A stretch of DNA of 64,000 nt from Clostridia bacterium (GCA_017937135.1 JAGBEE010000003.1:8637-72636), one strand, 5' to 3'; counted from the stretch's first letter, positions 52,572 through 61,640 are shown. Program-made: numbers and translations. The notes: generated by a model not told the origin, from the letters alone.

Positions 52572-52663
52572 GGAGAAGTACTCAAGTGGTTGAAGAGGCG
52601 TGACTCGAAATCTCGTAGGACGTTAATCGCGTTGCGTGGGTTCAAATCCCACCTTCTCCGCCA
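52572..52663 (+). tRNA. tRNA-Ser (anticodon CGA), CCA encoded
   Basis: Manual cloverleaf: acceptor GGAGAAG/CTTCTCC, D-arm CTC-AAGTGGTTGAA-GAG, anticodon loop CTCGAAA, long variable arm, T-arm GTGGG-TTCAAAT-CCCAC, then GCCA. One U:U mismatch in the anticodon stem. Confidence 0.85.
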
Positions 52664-52667
52664 AGAA

Positions 52668-52704
52668 AAACCCAAATCGAACTTATGTTCGATTTGGGTT
52701 TTTC
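52668..52704 (+). terminator. Rho-independent terminator after tRNA-Ser
   Basis: AAACCCAAATCGAAC-TTAT-GTTCGATTTGGGTTT followed by T residues. Confidence 0.85.
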
Positions 52705-52854
52705 AGTTCTATTTGCTTCGCAAGTTCTATTGAGCAAGCTCAGTGATATTACTGCGTAGTGATAGGGGGTCCCCGAAGCGAGCTTGCCGAGGTTTGGGGG
52801 CTTGAGTGTATTGCCTTCGGCAGCTTTAGGTTACAATAGCAAATAGAATATCAC

Positions 52855-52870
52855 TGTGAATTTATTCACA
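52855..52870. promoter_or_regulatory. Perfect CRP/FNR-type palindrome
   Basis: TGTGA-ATTTAT-TCACA, flanked on both sides by direct AATATCAC repeats. Confidence 0.4.
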
Positions 52871-53007
52871 ATATCACTTTTACATACACGGTTAGAAACA
52901 ATATATTTATATAAAATACGAAAATATTTAAAAACAGCACTATTTTTCAAATAATATGTTATAATGAATTTAACATAAATGCTATGCAAATTATAAAGGA
53001 GAAAATT

Positions 53008-53583
53008 ATGAGAAAGAAAATATTAAGCTTTATTTTAGCAATTTGTTTGATTATACCTTGCGCTTTTATGTTTTCGTCTTGTGGGGAAGATGATGTTGTT
53101 TTGCCGAATGGTGCTTTTACAGTTAAGGGAAAAACATTTGAAATTACAGATGAAGTTAGAATTATTTGGGACGAGGGTCTTTCTGACACTCTAAAATCAA
53201 CCTTCCTTCAGTTTCAAAACAATGGTGTGCCAATAAGTGAAGCGGACTTTGTTGCAAGGGTTAAGAAGGTTGCAATAGAAATGAAAAACAAACACACAGA
53301 GCTTGAATTTTCTAAAGAATATGACGATGATAAAAAGGGCTATAAAATTATTATAAGTAACGATGAAAAATCTGATAGCTCTGAAACATATTATCAGCCT
53401 GATGATTGTTCATATGTAGGTTATGGCATGGGAGCTGTAACGTTTGATGGTGATTGTGGAACGATAATGTATGTTGGTGATGGAAAATATGGCTTGGTGT
53501 ATGGTGGCTATCGCCCAGGTGACAATCCTTCTCCTCATATGATGAACACAAATATAGTTATTATTTTGAAGGTAAAACAATAG
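53008..53583 (+). CDS. Small lipoprotein of unknown function
   Basis: 191 aa from the ATG at 53008 (AAAGGAG upstream). Lipobox MFSSC. Confidence 0.7.
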   Translation: MRKKILSFILAICLIIPCAFMFSSCGEDDVVLPNGAFTVKGKTFEITDEVRIIWDEGLSDTLKSTFLQFQNNGVPISEADFVARVKKVAIEMKNKHTELEFSKEYDDDKKGYKIIISNDEKSDSSETYYQPDDCSYVGYGMGAVTFDGDCGTIMYVGDGKYGLVYGGYRPGDNPSPHMMNTNIVIILKVKQ

Positions 53584-53606
53584 CAACAAGCATAATACGA
53601 ATAAAA

Positions 53607-53660
53607 GACCTAATAATGACGTGAACCGTTTTAGTTTGCTTCATTATTAGGTCGTTTTTT
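53607..53660 (+). terminator. Long-stem terminator with the conserved GTGAACC...TTTAGTT loop
   Basis: Perfect 13-bp stem GACCTAATAATGA/TCATTATTAGGTC, 21-nt loop, then GTTTTTT. Confidence 0.8.
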
Positions 53661-53828
53661 ATTCAAGTTACACACTTGGCATATAATCATGCGTATTCTG
53701 TGATTTATAATGCATTGGTTCAAGCATTAACAAAAGAGAACGAAGGCTCTTCTTAATACCTACATTTATATAACATATGAACATATGCAAATATAATCAA
53801 TATTGCATATAATATATAAGAAATAAAG

Positions 53829-53856
53829 AAAAACCGCGTAAAAACGCGGATTTTTG
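53829..53856 (-). terminator. Short GC hairpin terminator after the ADP-ribosylglycohydrolase gene
   Basis: CCGCG-TAAAAA-CGCGG flanked by A/T runs. Confidence 0.45.
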
Positions 53857-53858
53857 CT

Positions 53859-55232
53859 TTATTTATCAAATTTTTCAATGTGTATAAGAGTTTTCTTTAC
53901 AAGCTCATCGATTTTAACCTTTTCGTGACCAAGGATTTGTGTTTGCAACATTCCTTTTAAAGGAGCTTTCCATTCCTCACTAATAGAATCAATACCATTT
54001 ATCATTCCTAAAATTGAGCCAACGGTTGCTCCGTTGCAGTCTGTGTCAAATCCTGTTTCAACAGCCATGCAAATTGATTTGCCAAAATCACCATTTCCAT
54101 ATAGGAGTGAGGCAATAACTATAAGTGCATTTGAAATAGTATGGCACCAGTCGTGAGATGACTTATAATTATAAATGGTGTGAATTTTCTTAAATGCCTC
54201 ATCCTTCTTAACGCCGTTTTTATAATCGTCAATAAGCTCAATAGCTTGCGCATATAATCTTGACTTTTGAGGAATTTGAGAAAGGCCAATATAAATTACA
54301 TCTAAAATGTTACTATTCGTATGCGCACCTGCAAGCATAGCAGAAATAAGCATTTCACCATATATTCCATTTTTGATATGAGAAATAGAAGCGTCACGCC
54401 AAGCAAGCTCAGCAGCCTTTTCGGGATTTTTAGTTATGTAACCGTAGTAGTCGCCTCTTATTTGCGCGCCAATCCATTCTCTGTAAGGATTTTGATAGGT
54501 TGCAGTCTGTGGTGGCATAAAATGCTTCATATAATTTATATAAGCAACTCTTTCAGCTGAGCAATAAGCGTTTCTGCCTTGATATTTAACCCACGTTTCA
54601 AGCACGTCGCGTGGAGTAAAGGTGTCACCATAATCATCAAGCATACATTGTGCCATAACAGTGTAGTTAGTGTCATCATCAAATGGCGCACATTCAATTA
54701 TATCAGGATATGAATTTCTATCCTTGAGCCACATAGCGTCGTTTGCCTCCAAAACGTCCATTTTTAAATCAGATGCTTTTATATATCTATGCATTGGGAG
54801 GTTGTCACTTGATTTTAACACAGCATGAATAGCTGAAGTCCAAGCGCACTCAACTGGCTTTCCAAGCAAGCAGCCAATAATTCTGCCATACCAAGCGCCC
54901 TGTATCTTTTTTTCAAGAGGAACAGCTGTGCCAGTGCAAGGCTTAAGCAAATCAAGATTTCTCTTAGCTTTGATTTCTTCAAGCTCGCTTGGCTCGTCGT
55001 ATTCATAATCAGCACGCATATCCATATTCAAAACAAGTCTTGAAATAATGTCTGCCATTTCCTCCTTGTATTGGCTGTGTGGCATTTGATTAACGGATTC
55101 GAAAAGCGACTTGTATTTTTCACAGTCAAGTCCCTCCTCGACGCATTGTTGATATTCAACCATTAGCTCTCTTGCATAATGCTCCCAAATGTGAAACTCA
55201 CAGGGGCAGGGGGATGGTGTTATATTTTTCAT
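53859..55232 (-). CDS. ADP-ribosylglycohydrolase family protein
   Basis: 457 aa. Family-typical motifs GAWYGRIIGCLLGKPVE, DDDTNYTVMA, GFDTDCNGATVGSILG. RBS AAGGAG. Confidence 0.8.
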   Translation of the reverse strand: MKNITPSPCPCEFHIWEHYARELMVEYQQCVEEGLDCEKYKSLFESVNQMPHSQYKEEMADIISRLVLNMDMRADYEYDEPSELEEIKAKRNLDLLKPCTGTAVPLEKKIQGAWYGRIIGCLLGKPVECAWTSAIHAVLKSSDNLPMHRYIKASDLKMDVLEANDAMWLKDRNSYPDIIECAPFDDDTNYTVMAQCMLDDYGDTFTPRDVLETWVKYQGRNAYCSAERVAYINYMKHFMPPQTATYQNPYREWIGAQIRGDYYGYITKNPEKAAELAWRDASISHIKNGIYGEMLISAMLAGAHTNSNILDVIYIGLSQIPQKSRLYAQAIELIDDYKNGVKKDEAFKKIHTIYNYKSSHDWCHTISNALIVIASLLYGNGDFGKSICMAVETGFDTDCNGATVGSILGMINGIDSISEEWKAPLKGMLQTQILGHEKVKIDELVKKTLIHIEKFDK

Positions 55233-55332
55233 AATAGACTCCTTGTTAATTTGTAAAAGTTTGCTAAGGTAATTTTATCATAACTAAAATATATATTCAA
55301 TACCCAAATTAAAAGTCTTATTAAAATAAGCA

Positions 55333-55360
55333 GCAAAAAACAGGCACAAAATGCGCCTGT
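55333..55360 (-). terminator. Rho-independent terminator closing the 55361-55627 noncoding segment
   Basis: On the minus strand: ACAGGC-GCATTTTGT-GCCTGT followed by TTTTTTG. Confidence 0.6.
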
Positions 55361-55627
55361 TCTACGATGTATATAATAATTAACTAAAGAAATTATATGT
55401 AAGACCCGCGTAGCCGTGTAAAGCAACTTTCAGAACCTTTGTTTTAAACAAGGGTGGTGTCCTCATAATATCTTTGTTGCTTCCAACGTCCACATTCTTC
55501 CAGTCCGGCAAAAGCCTCATTAAGAGGGAAGGTGTGGGAGGCCTGCATCCCGATATTGGATATTGGACTCCGTTTTATAAGTGTCGCTCGAATATATCGC
55601 CTTATCACGCACTAAGCAGGAAAAACA
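55361..55627 (-). ncRNA. Candidate structured RNA or long 3' UTR of unknown class
   Basis: About 265 nt without a credible ORF, richer in G+C than neighbouring spacers by eye. Several mutually exclusive helices (for example CCACAccTTCC/GGAAgaaTGTGG and AGTCC/GGACT). Bounded by a gene stop and a terminator. No promoter was identified. Confidence 0.3.
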
Positions 55628-55879
55628 CTATTTTTTGTCGTGGTCAACCACGTTGATTCTTGCATCAAAAACACCGAAAACCTTATCAAGCTCCTTGCCC
55701 TCAACGGGTACGTATAAATCTTCTTTTTTATCGGATTTTATCTTTTTAAGAACGTAATATTCCGTTGGCGCAATAGCAACATAGGTGCTCCCGTCAACAA
55801 CGCACTCGTCGATAAGCTCATAAACGCTTTCAGTTCCGTCATCATTTGTGAAGGTAAGAAAATTTTTATCGTTATTCAT
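55628..55879 (-). CDS. DUF1292-like small acidic protein
   Basis: 83 aa. Pattern LTFTNDDGTESVYELIDECVVDGSTYVAIAP typical of the family (recalled from memory). Confidence 0.7.
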   Translation of the reverse strand: MNNDKNFLTFTNDDGTESVYELIDECVVDGSTYVAIAPTEYYVLKKIKSDKKEDLYVPVEGKELDKVFGVFDARINVVDHDKK

Positions 55880-55962
55880 ATTCTACGTCCTTTCTTACGA
55901 TTTTATTCTAACATAATTACATACACATGTCAAGGCATTTTGCCCAGTGGCAAAAATTTACA

Positions 55963-57168
55963 TTATTTGCCCTCGTACTTATTCTCGCCAAACGCTTTTA
56001 CGACAATTATCTCCTTTGTTTCATACGCCTCGTTGCAAAGCGACTCAAAATCAAGTCTATTTTGCTCCTCAATTACCTTGTCAAGCTCTGGCCTTGTTTT
56101 GGGGTGTCTTGGAGTGAACACAGTACAACAGTCCTCATAGGGAAGCACAGAGGTTTCAAACGTTCCAATTTTTCTCGAAATAGTAATTATTTCATCCTTA
56201 TCCATACCAATAAGAGGACGGTAAATTGGAATATCAGACATAGAGTTAGTCACGTGAATTGCCTTCATAGTCTGGCTTGCAACCTGACCTAAGCTCTCGC
56301 CTGTAATAATAGCCTCGCAGTTATTTTGGTGAGCTATTCTTAATGAAATTGCCATCATATATCTGCGAAGCAAAAGCGTAAAATATTCCTCCTCGCAGTT
56401 ATCTCGTAAAAGCTCTTGGATTTTAGTGAGTGAAACAACGTGAACTCTCATTCTCATTGTGTAATTTGTAATTAGCTTAGCAAGCTCCAAAACCTTTTCC
56501 TTAGCGCGCTCTGAGGTGTATGGAAAGCTCTCAAAGTGAACAGCCTCAATCTCAACGCCACGCTTAGCCATCATATACCCAGCAACAGGTGAGTCAATTC
56601 CGCCTGAAAGGAGCAAAAGTCCCTTTCCACTTGTCGCATAGGGAATACCACCAGCACCCTTTTCCTGTCCTGCGTGAACATACGCTTCCTTTTCACGTAT
56701 TTCAACACGCACAACAATTTCGGGGTTATATAAATCAACCTTGATTTTAGGGACTGATTCTAAAACAGCACCACCAACCTCGCCGGCAATTTCAGGAGAC
56801 GACATAGGGAACTTCTTGTCAGAGCGCTTCGCTTCAGCCTTAAAGGTCTTATACCCATTTAATCTTTCAGGCAAATAGGTTTTGACCACCTCTAAAATTT
56901 CATTTATATCCTTTTTGCAAGCAAATGCGCGCGTAACGCCTGAAAAGCCAAAAACGTGCTTAGCCTGATATGTCATTTCGTCAATTTTTTCATAGCTTTC
57001 CTCGTCAAGTGGTTCAATATAAACTGTGCTTTGAGAGTAGAAAACACTAAAATTACCGACACGTCTCGCCCTTTGCTTTAGTTGCTTTATCATTTTGGCT
57101 TCAAATTCAGAACGGTTTCCACCCTTCAAAATAAGCTCGCCATATTTACATAAAATAACTTCCTTCAT
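55963..57168 (-). CDS. thiI: tRNA 4-thiouridine(8) synthase ThiI
   Basis: 401 aa. THUMP-type N-terminus and PP-loop LLLSGGIDSPVAGYMMAKRG. Confidence 0.9.
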   Translation of the reverse strand: MKEVILCKYGELILKGGNRSEFEAKMIKQLKQRARRVGNFSVFYSQSTVYIEPLDEESYEKIDEMTYQAKHVFGFSGVTRAFACKKDINEILEVVKTYLPERLNGYKTFKAEAKRSDKKFPMSSPEIAGEVGGAVLESVPKIKVDLYNPEIVVRVEIREKEAYVHAGQEKGAGGIPYATSGKGLLLLSGGIDSPVAGYMMAKRGVEIEAVHFESFPYTSERAKEKVLELAKLITNYTMRMRVHVVSLTKIQELLRDNCEEEYFTLLLRRYMMAISLRIAHQNNCEAIITGESLGQVASQTMKAIHVTNSMSDIPIYRPLIGMDKDEIITISRKIGTFETSVLPYEDCCTVFTPRHPKTRPELDKVIEEQNRLDFESLCNEAYETKEIIVVKAFGENKYEGK

Positions 57169-58415
57169 CTAACCTGTCCGTTACCCTTTATAATGTATTT
57201 TTCGCTTGTCAAGGCGCTAAGACCCATAGGACCTCTTACGTGTAGCTTTTGTGTTGAAATTCCTATTTCTGCGCCTAAGCCAAACTCGCCGCCATCTGTA
57301 AAGCGTGTAGATGCGTTTACATAAAGCGCGCAGGAGTCTATTGCCTTTGTAAAGTATTCAGCATTATTTTCATCATTTGTCATTATAGCCTCACTGTGAG
57401 CAGTAGAGTATTTTCTAATATGCTCCACAGCCTCATAAACATCGGAAACAACCTTAACGTTTATTACGTAATCATCGTATTCAGTATTGAAATTTTCCTC
57501 GGTAGCAGGAGTAATATCATCTAAAATTTTGCACGCCTTATCGCACCCAAAGAATTTCAAATTATATTTTTTTGTCGCATTATAAAATGCTTTTAAAAAC
57601 TCGTTTGCAACGTCCTTGTGTACAAGTAATGTTTCGATGGCATTACATACAGAAGGACGGGAACACTTCGCATTTACAGCCACGTCAAGGGACATTTCTA
57701 AATCAGCAGAGTAGTCAACATAAAGATGACAGTTGCCGGCTCCGGTCTCGATTACAGGCACCTTGGCATTCTCAACAACATTCTTAATAAGACCCTTTCC
57801 ACCACGAGGAATTAAAACGTCAATATATGAGCGCATAGACATAAGCACATTTGCGCTTTCACGTGTCGTATTTTCGATAAGATTTACACAGTTCTCATCA
57901 AAACCGCATTTTTTAAGGCTTTGACGGATTATACCTACAATGCACTTATTTGAGTTAATCGCTTCCTTACCACCACGTAAAACTACTGCGTTACCGCTTT
58001 TAAGACATAGCGTAGCGCCATCGGGGGTAACGTTTGGACGCGCCTCGTATATCATTGCGACAACGCCAAGTGGAACCCTTACCTTTTTAATTTTTAGCCC
58101 ATTAGGACGTACAAATTCTTGACTTCCACATAATGGGTCTGGCAAATCAACAATTTGACAAATTGCGCTTGATATAGCAAAAATTCTGTCCTTATTAAGC
58201 ATAAGACGATCAAGCATTGCATCAGCAATACCATTTTCCTTCGCATTTTCTAAGTCAACTTTATTTGCTTCTATTATTTTTTCGTAATTATCCTTAATAT
58301 CCTTGCTTATTTCAAGAAGCAAGCTATTTCTTTTTTCAAGGCTTGCCATAGAAAGAGAAAGACTTGCTTTTCTCGCTCCTATACATAGCTCCTTGATTTC
58401 GTCGTAAAGCTCCAT
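57165..58415 (-). CDS. proA: Glutamate-5-semialdehyde dehydrogenase
   Basis: 416 aa. Aldehyde-dehydrogenase-type fold with ProA motifs (VIYEARPNVT, catalytic Cys context PSVCNAIETLLVH). 4-nt overlap with thiI. Confidence 0.9.
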   Translation of the reverse strand: MELYDEIKELCIGARKASLSLSMASLEKRNSLLLEISKDIKDNYEKIIEANKVDLENAKENGIADAMLDRLMLNKDRIFAISSAICQIVDLPDPLCGSQEFVRPNGLKIKKVRVPLGVVAMIYEARPNVTPDGATLCLKSGNAVVLRGGKEAINSNKCIVGIIRQSLKKCGFDENCVNLIENTTRESANVLMSMRSYIDVLIPRGGKGLIKNVVENAKVPVIETGAGNCHLYVDYSADLEMSLDVAVNAKCSRPSVCNAIETLLVHKDVANEFLKAFYNATKKYNLKFFGCDKACKILDDITPATEENFNTEYDDYVINVKVVSDVYEAVEHIRKYSTAHSEAIMTNDENNAEYFTKAIDSCALYVNASTRFTDGGEFGLGAEIGISTQKLHVRGPMGLSALTSEKYIIKGNGQVR

Positions 58416-59209
58416 TATTTTCTCCCTTTAGCTGCAAAATATGTACCGATATGCTTACCGTCTAAAATATCATAAAGACGTCTTGGGTCCTCACCGTTTA
58501 TGATTATCATAGGAATACCATATTCGGTAGCAATTTGTGCCGCATTGATTTTAGTAATCATTCCACCTGTTCCACGTGCAGTGCCTGCACCACCTGCACA
58601 GGCAAGAACTTCGTCTGTAATTTCATCAACCCTGTCGATTAAAACAGCATCGTCAAATTTCCTTGGGTCTTTATTATATAAACCATCAATGTCACTTAAA
58701 TTTATAATAATATCGGCATCGCAAGCAACCCCAACGTAAGCAGAAAGAGTATCGTTTCCACCAAAGCGAAGCCCTTCGCAAGAAACTGAGTCGTTTTCGT
58801 TAACGATAGGAATACAGCCCATTTGAAGAAGGGTGTTAAACGTATTCTTTACAAGCTCAAGACGATGAGGGTCATCAACAACATCCTTCGTCATAAGGAT
58901 TTGCGCAACCGTGTGTGAATAATTTGCAAAGAAGTGCTCGTAAATCTTCATAAGCTGGCTTTGTCCAACAGCAGCGCATGCCTGCTTTTTCTCAAGCGTG
59001 TCGGGATATTCAGAAAGAGCGAGCTTTGCAAAGCCTGCACCAACAGCGCCCGAGCTTACCACAACAACCTCGTGTCCTGCATTTTTAAAATCTGATATTG
59101 TTTGAACTAAAACCTCAATTCTTCTAAGGTTAAGTGAGCCATTAGGATAGGTCAAGGTTGACGTACCAATTTTTATAACTATTCTTTTGCAATTACTAAT
59201 CATTGTCAA
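58415..59209 (-). CDS. proB: Glutamate 5-kinase (short form without a PUA domain)
   Basis: 264 aa. Amino-acid kinase fold (RIVIKIGTSTLT, VVVVSSGAVGAG, GGNDTLSA). Overlaps the proA start by 1 nt. Confidence 0.9.
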   Translation of the reverse strand: MTMISNCKRIVIKIGTSTLTYPNGSLNLRRIEVLVQTISDFKNAGHEVVVVSSGAVGAGFAKLALSEYPDTLEKKQACAAVGQSQLMKIYEHFFANYSHTVAQILMTKDVVDDPHRLELVKNTFNTLLQMGCIPIVNENDSVSCEGLRFGGNDTLSAYVGVACDADIIINLSDIDGLYNKDPRKFDDAVLIDRVDEITDEVLACAGGAGTARGTGGMITKINAAQIATEYGIPMIIINGEDPRRLYDILDGKHIGTYFAAKGRK

Positions 59210-59348
59210 ACTCCAAAATTTTTTAAAATTTACTTGATAAACCTCTTTTGATAATATATAATAAATATAGAAGTTATTTATATACAGTATTTTTTATATT
59301 ATAGCCTCTGTTTGTCAAAATTGCAAGAGGTTTAGAAAGGAAAAGGGT

Positions 59349-59654
59349 ATGAAAGAAAAAATTTATGTTGAAATATCGGGGATAAAGCTTGGCATCATCA
59401 CCGAGGACGGTGGAGAATACGTTAAAAAAATCGCTTCAACCGTAGAAGAACAAATAAAGTCAATGCTAAGAGCGCAAAGAAGCTGCTCTTTGGTTGAGGC
59501 TGCGCTTTTTTCTGCTATGAATTATTGTAGCAAGGGTGAACAGGATGCGAAAAAGGTAAAGAATCTTGAGGCTCAAATTGCCCTTTACCAAGCAAATGTA
59601 AACAGACTCAAAAAGGAAAACGAGGAGCTTCGCTCGAAGCTTGCAGGAATATGA
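59349..59654 (+). CDS. zapA: Cell division protein ZapA-like
   Basis: 101 aa. N-terminal beta region plus a C-terminal coiled coil. SLVEAALFSAMNY-type motif. Confidence 0.7.
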   Translation: MKEKIYVEISGIKLGIITEDGGEYVKKIASTVEEQIKSMLRAQRSCSLVEAALFSAMNYCSKGEQDAKKVKNLEAQIALYQANVNRLKKENEELRSKLAGI

Positions 59655-61633
59655 ATAAAAAAATAGAAATATTAGCTCCCTGTGGAGACCACGAGGCGTT
59701 AGTCGGCGCGCTCTGTGCAGGGGCAGATGCCGTTTATCTTGGTATTGGCGATTTTAATGCAAGATTAAGGGCAAAAAACTTTACTCTTGAAAATATAGAA
59801 GATGAAATAAGGCTTGCTCACGCACACGGAGCAAAGGTGTATATTACTATTAACACAGCTCTTTACGACAAAGAGCTTGGTTCAGCTCTTAATGTGGTTA
59901 GAGAGCTGTGGAACAAGGGCGCAGATGCCTTTATAGTTGCCGATTTAGGTGTTACAAGAGTGATAAAGAGCTACTATCGTGAAATTGAACTACACGCAAG
60001 CACACAATGCACCGTACACAACCTTGACGGTGCTGATTTTTTGCACGATACCCTTGGCTTTTCGAGGGTAGTTTTAGCGCGCGAGCTTGATAAAGGCAAC
60101 ATAGAATACATATCTAAAAAATCAAAGGCAGAAACGGAAATTTTTATTCACGGTGCGCACTGTATGTCCGTTTCTGGACAATGTCTAATGAGCTACTTTA
60201 TGGGTGGCAGAAGCGGCAACCGTGGTATGTGCGCGCAGCCCTGTCGCTTATCTTACAAAATAGGAAATAATAGTGGCTATCATCTTAGCTTAAAGGATAT
60301 GTCACTTTCAAATAATATCCCTGAGATTTTATCAAGTGGCGCTGCGTCGCTTAAAATCGAGGGCAGAATGAAGAACAGCCAATATGTAAAGGGCACAACC
60401 GAAATTTATAAGCGTTTAATTAGCGAAAAAAGAAACGCAACAAAGAGCGAATTATCGACACTTACCGCACTTTTTTCACGTGGTGGCTTTACAAATGGCT
60501 ATTTTAATGGCAAAATAAGCTCCTCTATGCTTGGAGTTCGTTCCCAAGATGATAAGGATAAAACAAACGAGCTTGAAAATCAAAAAATTGAGCTTGAAAA
60601 GCCAAAGGCGGATATATATGCCGAGCTTTACCAAGGACAAAGAGCAAAAATAACTCTTACAGTAGGCAAGAAAAGCGTTACTGAATATGGCGAGGTCGTA
60701 AATAGTGCGATAAATGCGCCAACCTCAAAAGAGGACATAATTAAAAATCTATCCAAGCTTGGAAGCACTCCGTTTGCCCTTGGCAAAATAGAGGTTGAAA
60801 AGTCAGAAAACATAATGGTGCCTCTCTCCTTAGTAAACGCGCTTAGAAGAAAAGCAATAGATGCTTTTTTTGATACTCAAAGGAATCTTAACGAGGTAGA
60901 ATACAAGATACAAAAAATAAAATTACCGAGCAAGAAAATAAGAACTGCGTTTTTTGTTAACGAGGAGCAAATACCACAAAATAGAGATTATTTCGACATA
61001 GTATTTATCTATGCCGACAAATATAAAAAGGGCTCATTAGCAAACGGAATAATGCTCCCACCTGTCATTTTTGATAGCGAATGGGAAGAAGTTAAGAAAT
61101 ATATGTCCTTAGCTAAGGAATCAGGAGTTGAATATGCGCTCCTTACGAATATAGGGCAGATAAAGGTAGCGAAAAAATTTGGCTTTAAAATTATAGCAGA
61201 CTATCGCTTTAACATTTTCAACGCCCCCTGTGTCGATTATTTAATGGAGCAGGGTATGGAAAATGTGATTTTATCACCCGAAATTTCACTTGCTCAGGCA
61301 AGAGCATATAAGAATGTAGGACTTATAGCTTATGGAAAAATTCCTGCTATGACTACGCATAAATGTGTAATAAAGGACACCGAGGGCTGTGATAAGTGCG
61401 AGGCATATATAAAGGATAGACAGGGCGCTTGTATGTACACTCACGGAATTTTCGGACACAGAAATATAATTTATAATAGCGTGCCTATTTATATGGCAGA
61501 CAAGCAAAATGATATTTTGCCATTTTCTCAGCATTTCATTTTCTCAAATGAAAAAAGGGACGAGTGCTTCAGAATTATAGAGGCATACAAAGCCAGCAAG
61601 GGCGCAAGTGGCAATTTCAAAAGAATTAAATGA
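59651..61633 (+). CDS. U32-family peptidase-like protein
   Basis: 660 aa. N-terminal TIM-barrel-type U32 motifs (EILAPCGDHEAL, GADAVYLG, E-x-F-x-HGA-x-C-x-S-x-SG-x-C). Confidence 0.85.
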   Translation: MNKKIEILAPCGDHEALVGALCAGADAVYLGIGDFNARLRAKNFTLENIEDEIRLAHAHGAKVYITINTALYDKELGSALNVVRELWNKGADAFIVADLGVTRVIKSYYREIELHASTQCTVHNLDGADFLHDTLGFSRVVLARELDKGNIEYISKKSKAETEIFIHGAHCMSVSGQCLMSYFMGGRSGNRGMCAQPCRLSYKIGNNSGYHLSLKDMSLSNNIPEILSSGAASLKIEGRMKNSQYVKGTTEIYKRLISEKRNATKSELSTLTALFSRGGFTNGYFNGKISSSMLGVRSQDDKDKTNELENQKIELEKPKADIYAELYQGQRAKITLTVGKKSVTEYGEVVNSAINAPTSKEDIIKNLSKLGSTPFALGKIEVEKSENIMVPLSLVNALRRKAIDAFFDTQRNLNEVEYKIQKIKLPSKKIRTAFFVNEEQIPQNRDYFDIVFIYADKYKKGSLANGIMLPPVIFDSEWEEVKKYMSLAKESGVEYALLTNIGQIKVAKKFGFKIIADYRFNIFNAPCVDYLMEQGMENVILSPEISLAQARAYKNVGLIAYGKIPAMTTHKCVIKDTEGCDKCEAYIKDRQGACMYTHGIFGHRNIIYNSVPIYMADKQNDILPFSQHFIFSNEKRDECFRIIEAYKASKGASGNFKRIK

Positions 61634-61640
61634 GGTAGAA

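Noticed and set aside
52572-53007. The tRNA-Ser flank considered as the attachment site of a genomic island.
   Set aside because: No integrase is nearby and I saw no duplicated copy of the tRNA 3' end downstream. The downstream genes are not obviously foreign. Only the unusual repeat structure is reported.
55361-55627. Assignment of the noncoding segment to SRP RNA, T-box, RNase P, tmRNA or ykkC classes.
   Set aside because: A GGAAGCA-like string resembles SRP helix 8 but lacks the closing tetraloop and stem context. There is no T-box (GGGTGGTACCGCG) in the correct orientation, no GAGGAAAGTCC and no CTAGGGTTCCG. The segment is left unclassified.
55474-55656. 60-aa plus-strand ORF in the same noncoding segment.
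   Set aside because: It has no RBS and its start is not preceded by a promoter. It overlaps the DUF1292 gene end in antisense and has implausible composition.
59210-59348. Possible proline T-box leader upstream of proBA.
   Set aside because: The spacer is only ~139 nt, is shared with divergent zapA, and has no specifier-loop, T-box or terminator features.
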